Source of the DNA: an uncultured Desulfosarcina sp. | GTDB lineage: Bacteria; Desulfobacterota; Desulfobacteria; Desulfobacterales; Desulfosarcinaceae | Assembly (NCBI GenBank): GCA_963674945.2 | Contig: CAXXWQ010000004.1 | Location: 2,496,001 to 2,560,000, forward strand | DNA: 64,000 nucleotides | Reading direction: 5' to 3' | Shown here: piece after piece, positions 19,043-29,447 of the stretch | How the letters are laid out: each line of letters begins with the position of its first letter | Position numbering within the stretch: position 1 is the first letter of the stretch | The notes under the pieces: model-generated | Database searches by the model: none | Told to the model about the DNA's origin: nothing | Seen by the model: the letters and a program-made list of their open reading frames with translations, nothing else | Translations under genes and position numbers: made by a program

Positions 19043-19486
19043 CTATTTATCCGAACGGGCGAATCGTTCTTCGTGTTGAATCAAACCATCGGTGATCTCG
19101 TAGTAGTCCCCCTTCTGGGAGACCCAGACGTGTCCGGTGGTCGCAAGACCGGTGGGTTCATCCAGCGCACCGGCTGCGATGGAGATACGCGGCTTTCCCT
19201 TCGGATCCCAGAACAGACTGGCGCCGCACTTGCGACAGAAGCCGCGGTGTACGTCCGGGGTTTCGTCGGTGACGGAACGAAACCATTGTAACGTCTCGGA
19301 TCGAACCAGGAAGAGGTTCCTCCGATCCGTTGCGGTGTATGCCCCGATGTGACCGTGGAAACGCCTGCATTTGCTGCAGTGACAGTTAATCACATCCATG
19401 AGCGGACCACGGACCTCGAACCGGACACCACCGCAGAGACATCCGCCCGTGGACACGGATTTTTGTGCAGGGGAAGAGTCGTTCAA
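19043..19486 (-). CDS. GFA family protein (glutathione-dependent formaldehyde-activating/CENP-V)
   Basis: GGCLCGGVRF, CHCSKCR and RGFCRKCGASLFW motifs. Confidence 0.92.
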   Translation of the reverse strand: MNDSSPAQKSVSTGGCLCGGVRFEVRGPLMDVINCHCSKCRRFHGHIGAYTATDRRNLFLVRSETLQWFRSVTDETPDVHRGFCRKCGASLFWDPKGKPRISIAAGALDEPTGLATTGHVWVSQKGDYYEITDGLIQHEERFARSDK

Positions 19487-19487
19487 T

Positions 19488-20384
19488 TTAGATCAGGCCT
19501 TTCTCTTTTAAGAACCCCTCTGCCACTTCGGTGACGGATTTCTTTTCTACGTCAACCTTGGCGTTCAACGCGCTCATGGTGGCATCATCGAAAAGGGACG
19601 AGAGTTTGTTGAGGTCGTCGGCAAGATCCGGGTGCGCCGACAGCGTCTCTTTTCGAATGGTCGGTGTAATGGCATAAGCGGGAAAGAAGTTTTTCGTATC
19701 TTTCAGCACGGTGAAGTTGAATGCGGGAATGCGGCCGTCCGTGGCAAAGACCAGTCCCACGTCCACGTCGCCGTCCTTGAGGGCCTTGTAGATCAGACCG
19801 GTTTCCATGCGTTTGATGTCCGAGCGGGGAAACTTGAAGCCATAGGCTTTCTGCAGCGGTTTCAATCCGTCGTCCCGTTTGTAGAACTCGATGTTGCACC
19901 CTAGGGTTAATTCTTCGCCGGCGTTGAGTTTGGCCGCGAGATCTTCCAGCGAGTGGAGCCCCTTTGCCTTTGCATCGGCCTGGCGAACCGCCAGGGCATA
20001 AGTGTTGTTGGCTTTCGAGGCGTTGAGCCAGATGATACCGATCTTCTCATCTTTGGCCTTTACCGACGCGTATATTTCTTCCGGCGACTGATTGGCGAAT
20101 TTGTTTTTATGAAAAGTTAAAAACGCCGTTCCCGTATACTCCCAGTACAAGTCCACCTGCTTGTTCTCCAAAGCATCGCGCACCAGGGAAGTTCCCATGC
20201 CGGTTTTCAGCTGGACGTCATATCCCTTGCTGGTGAGATATTGACCGGTGATTTCAGCCAAGAGAAGTTGTTCCGTAAACCCCTTGCCACCGACGACGAT
20301 GGAGGCCGCAGAGGCCGTCTGCACGGCAAACGCCAGCGACATCACCATGGCGACGAAGGCGAAACATTTCATTTTCTTTTTCAC
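19488..20384 (-). CDS. Osmoprotectant (glycine betaine/choline-type) ABC substrate-binding protein
   Basis: VGGKGFTEQ, YWEYTGT, NNTYALAV, ATDGRI and FFPAY motifs; GTG start at 20384 with AAGGAG. Confidence 0.93.
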   Translation of the reverse strand: MKKKMKCFAFVAMVMSLAFAVQTASAASIVVGGKGFTEQLLLAEITGQYLTSKGYDVQLKTGMGTSLVRDALENKQVDLYWEYTGTAFLTFHKNKFANQSPEEIYASVKAKDEKIGIIWLNASKANNTYALAVRQADAKAKGLHSLEDLAAKLNAGEELTLGCNIEFYKRDDGLKPLQKAYGFKFPRSDIKRMETGLIYKALKDGDVDVGLVFATDGRIPAFNFTVLKDTKNFFPAYAITPTIRKETLSAHPDLADDLNKLSSLFDDATMSALNAKVDVEKKSVTEVAEGFLKEKGLI

Positions 20385-20406
20385 GGTTATCTCCTTTTCT
20401 GTTTCG

Positions 20407-21162
20407 TTATTGTTCCGGGAACCGCTGCGGATTAACGCCCTTGGGCAGCAGTAAAAACTGCATTTTTGACAGGATAAAGTCCGTAACAATGGCCAGTGCG
20501 GCAACGGACAGGGACCCGATCAGAAGTGAGTTGAACTCGTTGAGTTGTATTCCGGTAAAAATGTACTCGCCCAGCGAGTCGGCGGCGATGAGGGTAATCA
20601 GGGGACTGGTGCCCACGTTCAGAGCGAAACCGGTTCGAATTCCCGCCGAAATGACGTAACTGGCATTGGGAATCTGCACTTTCCACAGGATCTGGCCGTC
20701 GGTCATTCCCTGGCCCCGTGCCGCCTCGATCATGTGTTCCGGAACCTCCCGGATTCCCTGGAAGGTGTTTCGGACAACGGGCAAAATGGTGACGGTGAGA
20801 AGCCCGATGAAGGCGGATTTGAATCCCAGCCCCGTAAGTGTCATGATGATGGCCAGAATCGCCAGGGTGGGAACGGCCGAAAGGATATTGAAGCTCTGGG
20901 CAAAGGCTTGAGAATACCGCTGAAACCATGGCCGGGTCATGAGAATGCCGGCAGCGATGCCCAAAAGGGAAGCCGTGATCCCCGAAGCAAAAACGATGTA
21001 CACATTTTGCCGCAACAGGTAAATCCAGTCTTCATACGAACCCAGAAATTCCTCGATCAGACCGGTCGATTCGGACAACACGCCGGACAGGTATACCAGT
21101 GCCAGCAAAAGGTAGAGGAAGAAGGTCTTGCTTTTCTGGACGAGCTCGATAACGGTATTCAT
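20407..21162 (-). CDS. Osmoprotectant ABC transporter permease
   Basis: VPTLAILA and IEAARGQGMT motifs. Confidence 0.92.
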   Translation of the reverse strand: MNTVIELVQKSKTFFLYLLLALVYLSGVLSESTGLIEEFLGSYEDWIYLLRQNVYIVFASGITASLLGIAAGILMTRPWFQRYSQAFAQSFNILSAVPTLAILAIIMTLTGLGFKSAFIGLLTVTILPVVRNTFQGIREVPEHMIEAARGQGMTDGQILWKVQIPNASYVISAGIRTGFALNVGTSPLITLIAADSLGEYIFTGIQLNEFNSLLIGSLSVAALAIVTDFILSKMQFLLLPKGVNPQRFPEQ

Positions 21163-21171
21163 GTTTCGACC

Positions 21172-22311
21172 CTAAACGATTTTTTCGCCTTGCTTTCGAG
21201 GCGCTTCGCCCAGCAGGCTGGCGATGATGTGCTGGGTGATATAGCCTTTGTAGATGCCCTCGTCGTCCACTACGGGCATCCAGTCCGTTGCATGGGCGTA
21301 CATTTGCGACACGGCGTCATGAAGGTTGTCGTTTTCATGGATCGTGCCGGGGATGGGGTCGATGTAATCGCCGACCATGCCGCCCTGGCCGCCCTTTACC
21401 TCTTCCCGGGTAATGTAGCCGTGTGCGCGTCCCCGCGGCCCGACCACTACGGCGATGTGGGCGTTGCGCTCCCGCATTTTTCCGGCCGCCGTTTCCATCG
21501 TATCCTCGGCTTTGACGGTCATGCGAAAGGGCATGATCGCTTCGGTGACCTTGAGGAGTTTCAGCCGTTTCAGGGCGCGATCCGTACCGACGAACTCTTT
21601 GACGAAGTTGTTGGCCGGATTGGCCAGGATCTCGTCGGGCGTATCGCATTGCTCGAGAACGCCTTCCCGAAAAATGGCGATCTTGTCGCCCATTTTAATG
21701 GCTTCGTCGATATCATGGCTGACGAACAATACGGTTTTGCCCAGCTCTTGGTTCATTTTTAAAAATTCGTCCTGAATCACCTCGCGGTTGATGGGATCGA
21801 TGGCACCAAATGGCTCATCCATCAGCATCAGGGGTGGGTCCGCCGCCAAAGCCCGGATCACGCCGACGCGTTGCTGCTGCCCTCCAGAGAGTTCCCGGGG
21901 ATAGCGTTTTAAAAAAATGGCCGGATCCAGATTGACCATCTCCATCAATTCAATGGCCCTTTTCCGGCTCTTTTTCCTGTCCATCTGCAACAGATCCGGC
22001 ACCACACAGATATTGGCCTCGATGGTCATGTTGGGAAACAGGCCGATCTGCTGGATCACATAGCCGATTTTCCGCCGAAGGTTGATGGGGTCCATGCTGT
22101 CCGTGTCCTCCCCCTCGATATAGATCTTCCCCGAGGTTTTGGGGATCAACTTGTTGACCATTTTCAGCGCGGTGGTTTTCCCACACCCCGATGGCCCAAG
22201 GAAGATGCAGATCTCTCCCTTTCCCACTTCCATGGAAACGTTGTTGGCGGCGATGACCGGTTCTTTTCCCGGTACTTCGAAATGCTTGGTCAGATTTTCA
22301 AGCCGAATCAT
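21172..22311 (-). CDS. Osmoprotectant ABC transporter ATP-binding protein with CBS pair
   Basis: GPSGCGKT, IGYVIQQIGLFP and LSGGQQQR motifs; C-terminal CBS domains. Confidence 0.95.
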   Translation of the reverse strand: MIRLENLTKHFEVPGKEPVIAANNVSMEVGKGEICIFLGPSGCGKTTALKMVNKLIPKTSGKIYIEGEDTDSMDPINLRRKIGYVIQQIGLFPNMTIEANICVVPDLLQMDRKKSRKRAIELMEMVNLDPAIFLKRYPRELSGGQQQRVGVIRALAADPPLMLMDEPFGAIDPINREVIQDEFLKMNQELGKTVLFVSHDIDEAIKMGDKIAIFREGVLEQCDTPDEILANPANNFVKEFVGTDRALKRLKLLKVTEAIMPFRMTVKAEDTMETAAGKMRERNAHIAVVVGPRGRAHGYITREEVKGGQGGMVGDYIDPIPGTIHENDNLHDAVSQMYAHATDWMPVVDDEGIYKGYITQHIIASLLGEAPRKQGEKIV

Positions 22312-22970
22312 GATGTCTCCCCACTCAAGCCTTTCGGCGTCAGTAATATTTGGATGAAGAGAAACAGATAATCTGCAATGACGGCGAGCAGGGACACGGC
22401 CACCGCTCCCACGATCAATTTGGTGCTGTTTGTGCCGGTGATTCCCTCGTTGATGATGGTTCCAAGACCCCCCGCACCGATGTAGACGGCGATGGTGGCA
22501 ACGGCGATGTTCATCACCACGGCCATGCGGACGCCGGCCATGATAACGGGGACCGCAAGGGGGATCTCCACCTTTGCCAATCGCTGCCAGTCACTCATCC
22601 CCATTCCTCTTGCCGCTTCCCGGAGCGCGGGATCGATGTTGTTGATTGCGGTGTAGGTGTTGCGTATGATGGGAAGCTGGGAGTAGAGAAAGATGGCGAT
22701 GGCCGCCGGCCAGAACCCGATTCCCCGGTTCACCAGAGACAGGATGGGGATCATCAGGCCGAACATAGCGACGGAGGGAATGGTGATGACCACCGATGCG
22801 GCGTAGAGAACGGCATCCGCGAAATTCTTGTCTTTTGTGATGAGAATTCCGACGGGCACACCGGTCAGGATCGCAACGCCCACCGATATGCTCACCAGAT
22901 AGAGATGTTCGATGGTCAACCGGAGGATGGTGGGGTAATTACCCACAACATATCGAAAAATATCTTCCAT
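22308..22970 (-). CDS. Osmoprotectant ABC transporter permease
   Basis: EHLYLV, LPIIRNTY, EAARGMGM and YIGAGGLG motifs. Confidence 0.93.
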   Translation of the reverse strand: MEDIFRYVVGNYPTILRLTIEHLYLVSISVGVAILTGVPVGILITKDKNFADAVLYAASVVITIPSVAMFGLMIPILSLVNRGIGFWPAAIAIFLYSQLPIIRNTYTAINNIDPALREAARGMGMSDWQRLAKVEIPLAVPVIMAGVRMAVVMNIAVATIAVYIGAGGLGTIINEGITGTNSTKLIVGAVAVSLLAVIADYLFLFIQILLTPKGLSGETS

Positions 22971-23321
22971 TGGTCACCTACGATCTGTCGATTTTCGGTG
23001 TTGCCAGGGGTTCGGCGCACAATGGTGATCAAGGAACCCTTGGCGTCCGGGGATAAAGACCAAACTGATTGTTTCAAATTATCTCAAATAATGAAAGGCG
23101 ATAACTTCTTTGAACTTTGGTACAGCATTTTCTCGAAAATTCGAAACGCTCAGTCCAGGAAAGAGTTCACACTTATCTTTCGGCAGCTTCAGCTTCAACG
23201 GTGGTAATAATCGGGGAGAAATGAACGATTGGTCGAAATCATTGTAGCGCAATCATTCCGTCACGTCAACGCACCATCGGCCTTTTCCCAAAGCAATCGC
23301 AAGTAGCGATGTTATAGTGAA

Positions 23322-24536
23322 CTACTCTACGAATTCGCGCCCAATATTGGCAGTCGTCAGCGAATCATCCATATACATTCCCAACCCCACGCGTTGTATG
23401 GATTCCATACCCCGCTCGTCATATTCCGGCATCTGCATTTCCGGTGCCTCGTCCGCGGTGACCTCCTCGGCGATTCGAATGGCGGCCTCCAATTTGGCAA
23501 AAGAAAAATCCACCAGGTGTCGCAAAAAGCCGAAACAATGCCGCATCATGTGAAATCCATATTTTTTGCACATGGCCTGCCCGATTCTGGCATCTTCCAA
23601 TGCCCTTTCGGTGACATGTTCTTCATTGGTGGTGCACCCGCTTTGAAAGGTTGGGATATCCAGCATCAGGTTCAAATGCGTCATGAGCAAATTGAGCAGG
23701 AAATGGCTTTTAAGCCCATAGTTGGGGTTGTACTCGAAACGTGGGTCCGCAATGGTCGGAAATCCCGCATGGATGCAGATGTGCCCCGGCCGGAGCAATT
23801 GTGCCGCACATATGCCGAACAACACTTCGGCATGGGTCACGGCGAGCACGCCACTATAGCAATACGGGGCGCTGATACCTGCCATGGGCATGGAGGAGAT
23901 GAACACCGGCAGACCGGCCCGGACCACATTTACGAAATCGGTGGAAAAGTTTTCGTTGACCGTAAGCGGCGGGCGGGTAAGGCAGAAGACGATCATCTCC
24001 CTGCCCCGCTTTTCGTACATCTTCTTGGCGTGTTCGAGCGTACGCTGCGACGTGACGGCATAATAAATGGGTTTGGAGCAGTTTTTCACCATCGAATCGA
24101 TCTGGATGATTTCATCCTTGAGTTTGAGGCCACGCCCCATTCCCCCCACGATGGGGTTGGCCTCGGCGATTTGTGCAATCCGCTCCACATCGGCCGCTGT
24201 CGGCATCAGGCCGCCAACCTTTTTCTCGTCATCATACACATAGGGGGCGGTACCGCCCACGAAAAAACTGTTGCGCGGTACAAAAAAACCATCGATGCCA
24301 GGTACCGTTGACAGACATTCCTTCACCAGATCCGCGGTGATATAGATGCGATCCTCGAAGAGGACAGACTTGCCGTCCGCTTCGTGCTGCCGGAAGGCTT
24401 CGACCATATCGGGCTGTTTGCAGCCGACGCCCATATTCTCGAGCATCCAGAGTGCGTCCTCGTGGACCTTCATCAGCATTTCCACGGTGTTCTCACCAAA
24501 CAGCGCCTTGGATGTCTGTGTCTGGTCTGCGTTCAT
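23322..24536 (-). CDS. Trimethylamine methyltransferase (MttB superfamily), non-pyrrolysine, short form
   Basis: VHEDALWMLENMGV, MPMAGISAP...G.LAVTHAEVLFGI..AQLLRPG motifs; no internal TAG. Confidence 0.85.
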   Translation of the reverse strand: MNADQTQTSKALFGENTVEMLMKVHEDALWMLENMGVGCKQPDMVEAFRQHEADGKSVLFEDRIYITADLVKECLSTVPGIDGFFVPRNSFFVGGTAPYVYDDEKKVGGLMPTAADVERIAQIAEANPIVGGMGRGLKLKDEIIQIDSMVKNCSKPIYYAVTSQRTLEHAKKMYEKRGREMIVFCLTRPPLTVNENFSTDFVNVVRAGLPVFISSMPMAGISAPYCYSGVLAVTHAEVLFGICAAQLLRPGHICIHAGFPTIADPRFEYNPNYGLKSHFLLNLLMTHLNLMLDIPTFQSGCTTNEEHVTERALEDARIGQAMCKKYGFHMMRHCFGFLRHLVDFSFAKLEAAIRIAEEVTADEAPEMQMPEYDERGMESIQRVGLGMYMDDSLTTANIGREFVE

Positions 24537-24555
24537 ATCTCCCCCACGTTTTTCG

Positions 24556-24694
24556 CGGCTTCGTAAAAAGCCCGATATCTACGTTGCGCTTCGCCCCTCG
24601 TCACTGCGACGTATCATGAATACGGCTCATTCCTCGGGACTCGCAAGCCTTGATCTCGAATTTTTTACGAAGCCGTCTGAAATTCATCTTTTTG
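24556..24694. repeat. MITE/REP-like element, family 1 (eroded ends)
   Basis: cggcttcgtaaaaagcccgatatc...gcaagccttgatctcgaattttttacgaagccgtc; about 20 bp upstream of the MttB start. Confidence 0.88.
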
Positions 24695-25119
24695 ATCGCC
24701 GGTCGGTATCTTTGGCGGAATGGAACACCGGCAGTCAGAAATGTTGAAACAAAGATGACATCCGTTTCGATGGCGACCTGCGGAACCGTCGTGTCCATGT
24801 TGTTTCCGCCACGATCCTATTGCCCATGAATGATAATTTTGTATTGCATATGAAGGAATTTGTGTCAAAATAAAAATTGTCTTTTCGTTGATCTATTTCT
24901 TTAATAACTTTTTATTATCTGATTTTATTTAATTTTTATTTGTTTTTCAAAAAGGGCTGTGCGTGAAATCGTAATGTTCAAAATGAATGTTTTTGATTCA
25001 TATTTATTGCCGATCAAAACAAAATCTTGATTTACGATTGTTTTATTGCCAGAAGTGCGGCCTTCGGGATCCACTTGAAGAGAGAGAAAAAAGATCCGCG
25101 ACATACATTTGGAGAGAAC

Positions 25120-25992
25120 ATGAACAAAAACAATCACCATCCACTGGCTACAAAAAACCATGAACTTTCCGGCAGCCTGACCCCAAAGGGTAAACTGATC
25201 CAGGCCTATCTGACGGATAACATTCGAAAGGCAGTGTTCATGACGGCACGGGAGCTGGCACATGCCTGTGGCACAAGCGAAGCCACGGTAATTCGATTCG
25301 TCGCACGGTTGGGATACAGCGGATACAGCGAGATGCAGCAGGCCCTTCGAGATTTTGTGGATGCGGAAATGACTCTCTTGGACCGAAGAGACCTGTTGCG
25401 CCGCAGAGGTCATGACATAGATGGATTCCGGAAAACAATTGCCGACGAGATCGAGAACCTGAGCTATCTGTACAACACGATGCAAACAAAGGACCTCGAG
25501 GCCGCCGTGAATCTTTTGTGCGAGAAGGACAGCATTTACGCCGTTGGTTCCCGGCTCTCCTACGCCATTGCCTATTACCTGGGGTGGTCTTTGGTCAAGG
25601 TGAGAAGAAATGTTCACATCCTTAAAGGCAGCGATACGACCACGTTTGACCGTTTGACCGTCGCCCCGGAAAAGAGTCTCGTGGTTGTGGTGGCGATGTC
25701 CCGCTATCCCAACGAACTGCTTCGCGTGGGACGCTGGGCCCACCGGAAAGGCCTGACACTGATGGTCATCACCGATGGCGCCAGCTGCCCCTTGATTCCT
25801 TTTTCCCAACTCTCCCTGGTGGCCCCTTCCCGGCAAATTCCCTTTTTGGGAAACACCACATCCCTCTCCTGCCTGGTCAACTATCTGGTCCACGAGGCGG
25901 CCAGCCAGTTGGGTGAATCCCTTACCGCCCATCAGGAAAAAATCGAACAAACCTACATCGAGAATGATCTGTTTTTCAACCCGACCCGATAG
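25120..25992 (+). CDS. MurR/RpiR family transcriptional regulator
   Basis: HTH TARELAHACGTSEATVIRFVARLGYSGY plus SIS domain; GGAG before ATG 25120; divergent from the catabolic cluster. Confidence 0.93.
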   Translation: MNKNNHHPLATKNHELSGSLTPKGKLIQAYLTDNIRKAVFMTARELAHACGTSEATVIRFVARLGYSGYSEMQQALRDFVDAEMTLLDRRDLLRRRGHDIDGFRKTIADEIENLSYLYNTMQTKDLEAAVNLLCEKDSIYAVGSRLSYAIAYYLGWSLVKVRRNVHILKGSDTTTFDRLTVAPEKSLVVVVAMSRYPNELLRVGRWAHRKGLTLMVITDGASCPLIPFSQLSLVAPSRQIPFLGNTTSLSCLVNYLVHEAASQLGESLTAHQEKIEQTYIENDLFFNPTR

Positions 25993-26169
25993 CAGCTCAA
26001 TAATATTACAATATTTCAGATCGTTACAAAATATCGCGTTTTTATGTTTGAAAATCATCATCGTCCAATGGTATTTAGCGGTCCAATTGTTAGAATATCG
26101 TTAGATTTTCATAAAGATTTTGTTTAGGATTCGCCTAGTAAATCCCATTCAATTACGAAAGACAGATAG

Positions 26170-27396
26170 ATGTCAGCTGAAATGATCATTTTAATTCTGG
26201 GATTCACATTCGGTTTTTACATGGCTTGGAATATTGGTGCCAACGACGTGGCCAATTCCATGGCGTCTGCCGTTGGTGCCAAGGCGATAACCATTCGTCA
26301 GGCAGTATTTATTGCGGGGATATTAAATATCGTTGGCGCAACTTTCATCGGATCCCATGTTACCAACACCATTCGAAAAGGCATTATTTCCACGGCGGTC
26401 ATGTCGGATCCGCACCTGGCCCTGACGGGTGCCCTGGCGGCCCTTCTTGCGGCGGCACTATGGGTGAGCTTTGCCACATGGCGATCGCTTCCGGTGTCGA
26501 CGACACATTCCATTGTCGGGGCCATGATCGGCTTCGGCATCATGGCAGGCGGCTTCGATATGGTCAATTGGGGAAAACTGGGTGCCGTGGTCCTTAGCTG
26601 GGTGATTTCGCCGGTATTCAGCCTGGTTATCGGTTTTATCGTATTCAAAGTGATCATACGGCTGATTTTGTCTAAGAAAGAGTCTTTTGCGCTGGCCATG
26701 CGATATTCACCATATTTTATCATGATCACCATTTTCGTTGTTGTGCTCTCATTTCTCTTAAAGACACCCCTTGGTAAAAAGCTCTCGATTTCAATGCCCT
26801 ATGCTCTTTTGATTGCATCGGTCCTTGCGGTAATTCTCGGATTTATCGGCAAACGGTTGCTACAAAAATTCATTCTCCCTACCGAGGGTGATGGAGCGGA
26901 AGAGATTTTCCGCCGGATTCAAATCGGGACTTCATGCTATGTTGCATTGGCCCAAGGAGCCAATGATGTGGCCAACGCGATCGGACCGCTGGCGGTGATT
27001 TACTTTCTGGTGAAAACCGGAACGGTTGGTGCAAAAGTACCGGTACCTGTCTTTCTGCTCATGTTCGGAGGAGTCGGTATTGCGTTGGGCATCGGAATGG
27101 CAGGCCAAAGGGTGATGACGACCATTGGCACGAAAATCACCACCCTTACCAACACACGCGGCTTCTCCGTCGATTTTGCAGCAGCCACAACCGTGCTGGT
27201 GGCTTCTAAATTAGGACTTCCCGTATCGACAACCCATGCCGCAGTGGGCGGTGTGATGGGTGTTGGCCTGGCCAGGGGGTTGGAAGCAGTCAATTTCAGA
27301 ATCATTTTCCAGATCATGATTTACTGGGTGCTGACAGTTCCAGCTGCTGCAGTGACAAGTATGCTGATCTTCAAGATAATAGAACTTTTTTACTAG
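26170..27396 (+). CDS. pit: Inorganic phosphate transporter (PiT family)
   Basis: Two GANDVAN and two PVSTTH signature motifs. Confidence 0.95.
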   Translation: MSAEMIILILGFTFGFYMAWNIGANDVANSMASAVGAKAITIRQAVFIAGILNIVGATFIGSHVTNTIRKGIISTAVMSDPHLALTGALAALLAAALWVSFATWRSLPVSTTHSIVGAMIGFGIMAGGFDMVNWGKLGAVVLSWVISPVFSLVIGFIVFKVIIRLILSKKESFALAMRYSPYFIMITIFVVVLSFLLKTPLGKKLSISMPYALLIASVLAVILGFIGKRLLQKFILPTEGDGAEEIFRRIQIGTSCYVALAQGANDVANAIGPLAVIYFLVKTGTVGAKVPVPVFLLMFGGVGIALGIGMAGQRVMTTIGTKITTLTNTRGFSVDFAAATTVLVASKLGLPVSTTHAAVGGVMGVGLARGLEAVNFRIIFQIMIYWVLTVPAAAVTSMLIFKIIELFY

Positions 27397-27407
27397 AGGA
27401 GTAGATT

Positions 27408-28076
27408 ATGCGTATCCCTTTTTTATCCATGTTCGTGACCTCACCTTTTAAAGGCCTGCAGGAACATGCCGAGATTGTGAAGGATTGCGCATGGGTTTTT
27501 CAGGAAGCAGTGGAGTGCCACATATCCGACAAGTGCGGTCACTTCGAGGAATTACGAAAAAAAATCATCGAAATGGAACGAAATGCGGATGCCGTAAAAC
27601 GCCGGATTCGTGGACACCTCCCCAAGGGCACGCTCATGCCGGTGGACAAATTTCAGCTTTTCCGCTACTTACGGGAGCAGGATTCAATGATCGATGCCGT
27701 GGAGGATGCACTGGACTGGCTGTCGTTTCGCCCTGAATCGGCCATACCGGAAGAACTGAAAAAAGACTTTGCCTTGTTTGTAGACAAGGTGGTGGACCCG
27801 ATCGATGAAATGATAAAAATGGTCGATGAGGCCAGGAAATACTTCGGAAGTTATTCCGAGGAACAGCGGGTGAAAGTCAAGGAAATCATCAGGACTCTTC
27901 GGCATCAGGAGCGAGAAGCGGACAAGGTGGAGTATATGATCAAGAAAAAAGTCTTTGGCATGGACATTGACCCGGTCACAGTATTTCACATCGTTCGGCT
28001 GGCTGAGATCATTGGCAACGTGGCGGATCACGCCGAGAACGCAGGTGACATGATGCGGGCCATGGTAGCCAGATAA
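27408..28076 (+). CDS. DUF47/TIGR00153 PhoU-like phosphate transport regulator
   Basis: E..AD motifs, QDSMIDAVED and VADHAENAGD; adjacent to pit. Confidence 0.9.
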   Translation: MRIPFLSMFVTSPFKGLQEHAEIVKDCAWVFQEAVECHISDKCGHFEELRKKIIEMERNADAVKRRIRGHLPKGTLMPVDKFQLFRYLREQDSMIDAVEDALDWLSFRPESAIPEELKKDFALFVDKVVDPIDEMIKMVDEARKYFGSYSEEQRVKVKEIIRTLRHQEREADKVEYMIKKKVFGMDIDPVTVFHIVRLAEIIGNVADHAENAGDMMRAMVAR

Positions 28077-28333
28077 ATTTACGTAAAAACGCGGCGCCCA
28101 GGGTCAGGTCAAAATTTAAAAAGCGCTGCCACGAGATTGTTGGCAGAAACCTGGGCGATGGGGAATTTCTTCTTTTCGAGGCCGTATCGCCCTGGCTGTC
28201 TACTGTACTGGTTGGTTACCTTCGTGTTTGAATCGAAAGACAAAAGTGCTGCCAATAGGGGAACACGCCAGGAATGCCCAGCGAAACTTACCCTCCGAAA
28301 GTAAATTCTCAGTTGAACCTGCCGTATACAGGA

Positions 28334-29434
28334 TCAGTACGAGAGTATTCTCTCCGGATTCTGTTCCAGCATTTTATTCGATTCTTCACTTAAACCAACC
28401 ATCGCAAGCATCTTCGGTACGAACTCCACAATACGGGTATATCCATAATTACCGAACGAGACTCCGCAGAATTTACCGAGTGCATCCTGGCCAAGAACAA
28501 TCTGTGATCCATAACCTCTTTTCAGCAGATATACGAGTGCTTTGATTTTGTCATAGTCGTCAACCAATCTATAAGACGGATTGTCCATGGGGTTTCCCCA
28601 GCTGTCAAAACTGATATTGATGCCCTTATCCAAAAATTGTAATAGAAGTTTTGTATTCGTATCCAGATTTTTTGTAGCATCGATATCTGAAATATAGGCC
28701 ATAATACCTTTCGGGTCAGTCAAATAGGTATCCATGTGAAGCAATAACAGTTTTTCCGGTTGAACGCCACACTCGTTCAATATGATATCGACAGTCTGTA
28801 AAATATGATCGGTGTTGACTGGATAGGCCGAGTGAAGTTGAAGGGACATCCCGTTTTCTGCCGCAATCTTGGCACAAGCTCTGACAGCAGTAAGTTCCCT
28901 GTCATCAATCGTTCCGTTATCGTTTCGCTCGTTGATCGCGCATTTTAAAAAACCGGGCTTGATATTCGTTCCGTCAATGCCATCATGAATCTCTCGTTTA
29001 AAACAGGAGCTCATATACGCTTCACTTTTCCCGATAAACGCCTCTGGTTGCGAAACTGCTGTATATAATCCGGTAGCGCAAATGATATTGACACCCGATG
29101 CTTCGGACACTTTCAAAAGATCGACGGGGTCTCCCCGCAAGCCGATTGGTGAGCCATCGACAATCGATCGTCCACCAACCTTTTTGAATGCATTCAGTTC
29201 AGATAGGATAAAATCAGTGTCCGGTGAATTCCCTTCTGAAAATAACCATAAACCCTGTCTTAAAAACGAAAAATTTTCTAATTTAAAAGTCATTCTCTCC
29301 GGAGGCAGCATGGCCTTTATTCCGATTTTCGGGGCAAGCAGCAGACGTAAATCAGACAGGGTATGTTCGTGCATTGATGTTACGCCGAGTTCGTCGGGTG
29401 AAATATCGCCTCTCACAGTAGTTATTTTTTTCAT
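28334..29434 (-). CDS. Phosphotriesterase-related protein
   Basis: ITTVRG, MHEHT, ICATGLY, GFLKC, LHS, LHMD and VLGQD metal-ligand motifs. Confidence 0.9.
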   Translation of the reverse strand: MKKITTVRGDISPDELGVTSMHEHTLSDLRLLLAPKIGIKAMLPPERMTFKLENFSFLRQGLWLFSEGNSPDTDFILSELNAFKKVGGRSIVDGSPIGLRGDPVDLLKVSEASGVNIICATGLYTAVSQPEAFIGKSEAYMSSCFKREIHDGIDGTNIKPGFLKCAINERNDNGTIDDRELTAVRACAKIAAENGMSLQLHSAYPVNTDHILQTVDIILNECGVQPEKLLLLHMDTYLTDPKGIMAYISDIDATKNLDTNTKLLLQFLDKGINISFDSWGNPMDNPSYRLVDDYDKIKALVYLLKRGYGSQIVLGQDALGKFCGVSFGNYGYTRIVEFVPKMLAMVGLSEESNKMLEQNPERILSY

Positions 29435-29447
29435 TGCAGTAGCCTTT

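Noticed and set aside
22975..23320. Riboswitch or small gene between the MttB gene and the osmoprotectant ABC
   Set aside because: I could not recognise a riboswitch consensus or a credible ORF by eye; a covariance-model search would be needed.
23253..23324. Pyrrolysine read-through of the TAG ending the MttB gene
   Set aside because: The TAG is not at the catalytic Pyl position; read-through adds only 22 unremarkable residues before TGA; no pyl genes are in the window.
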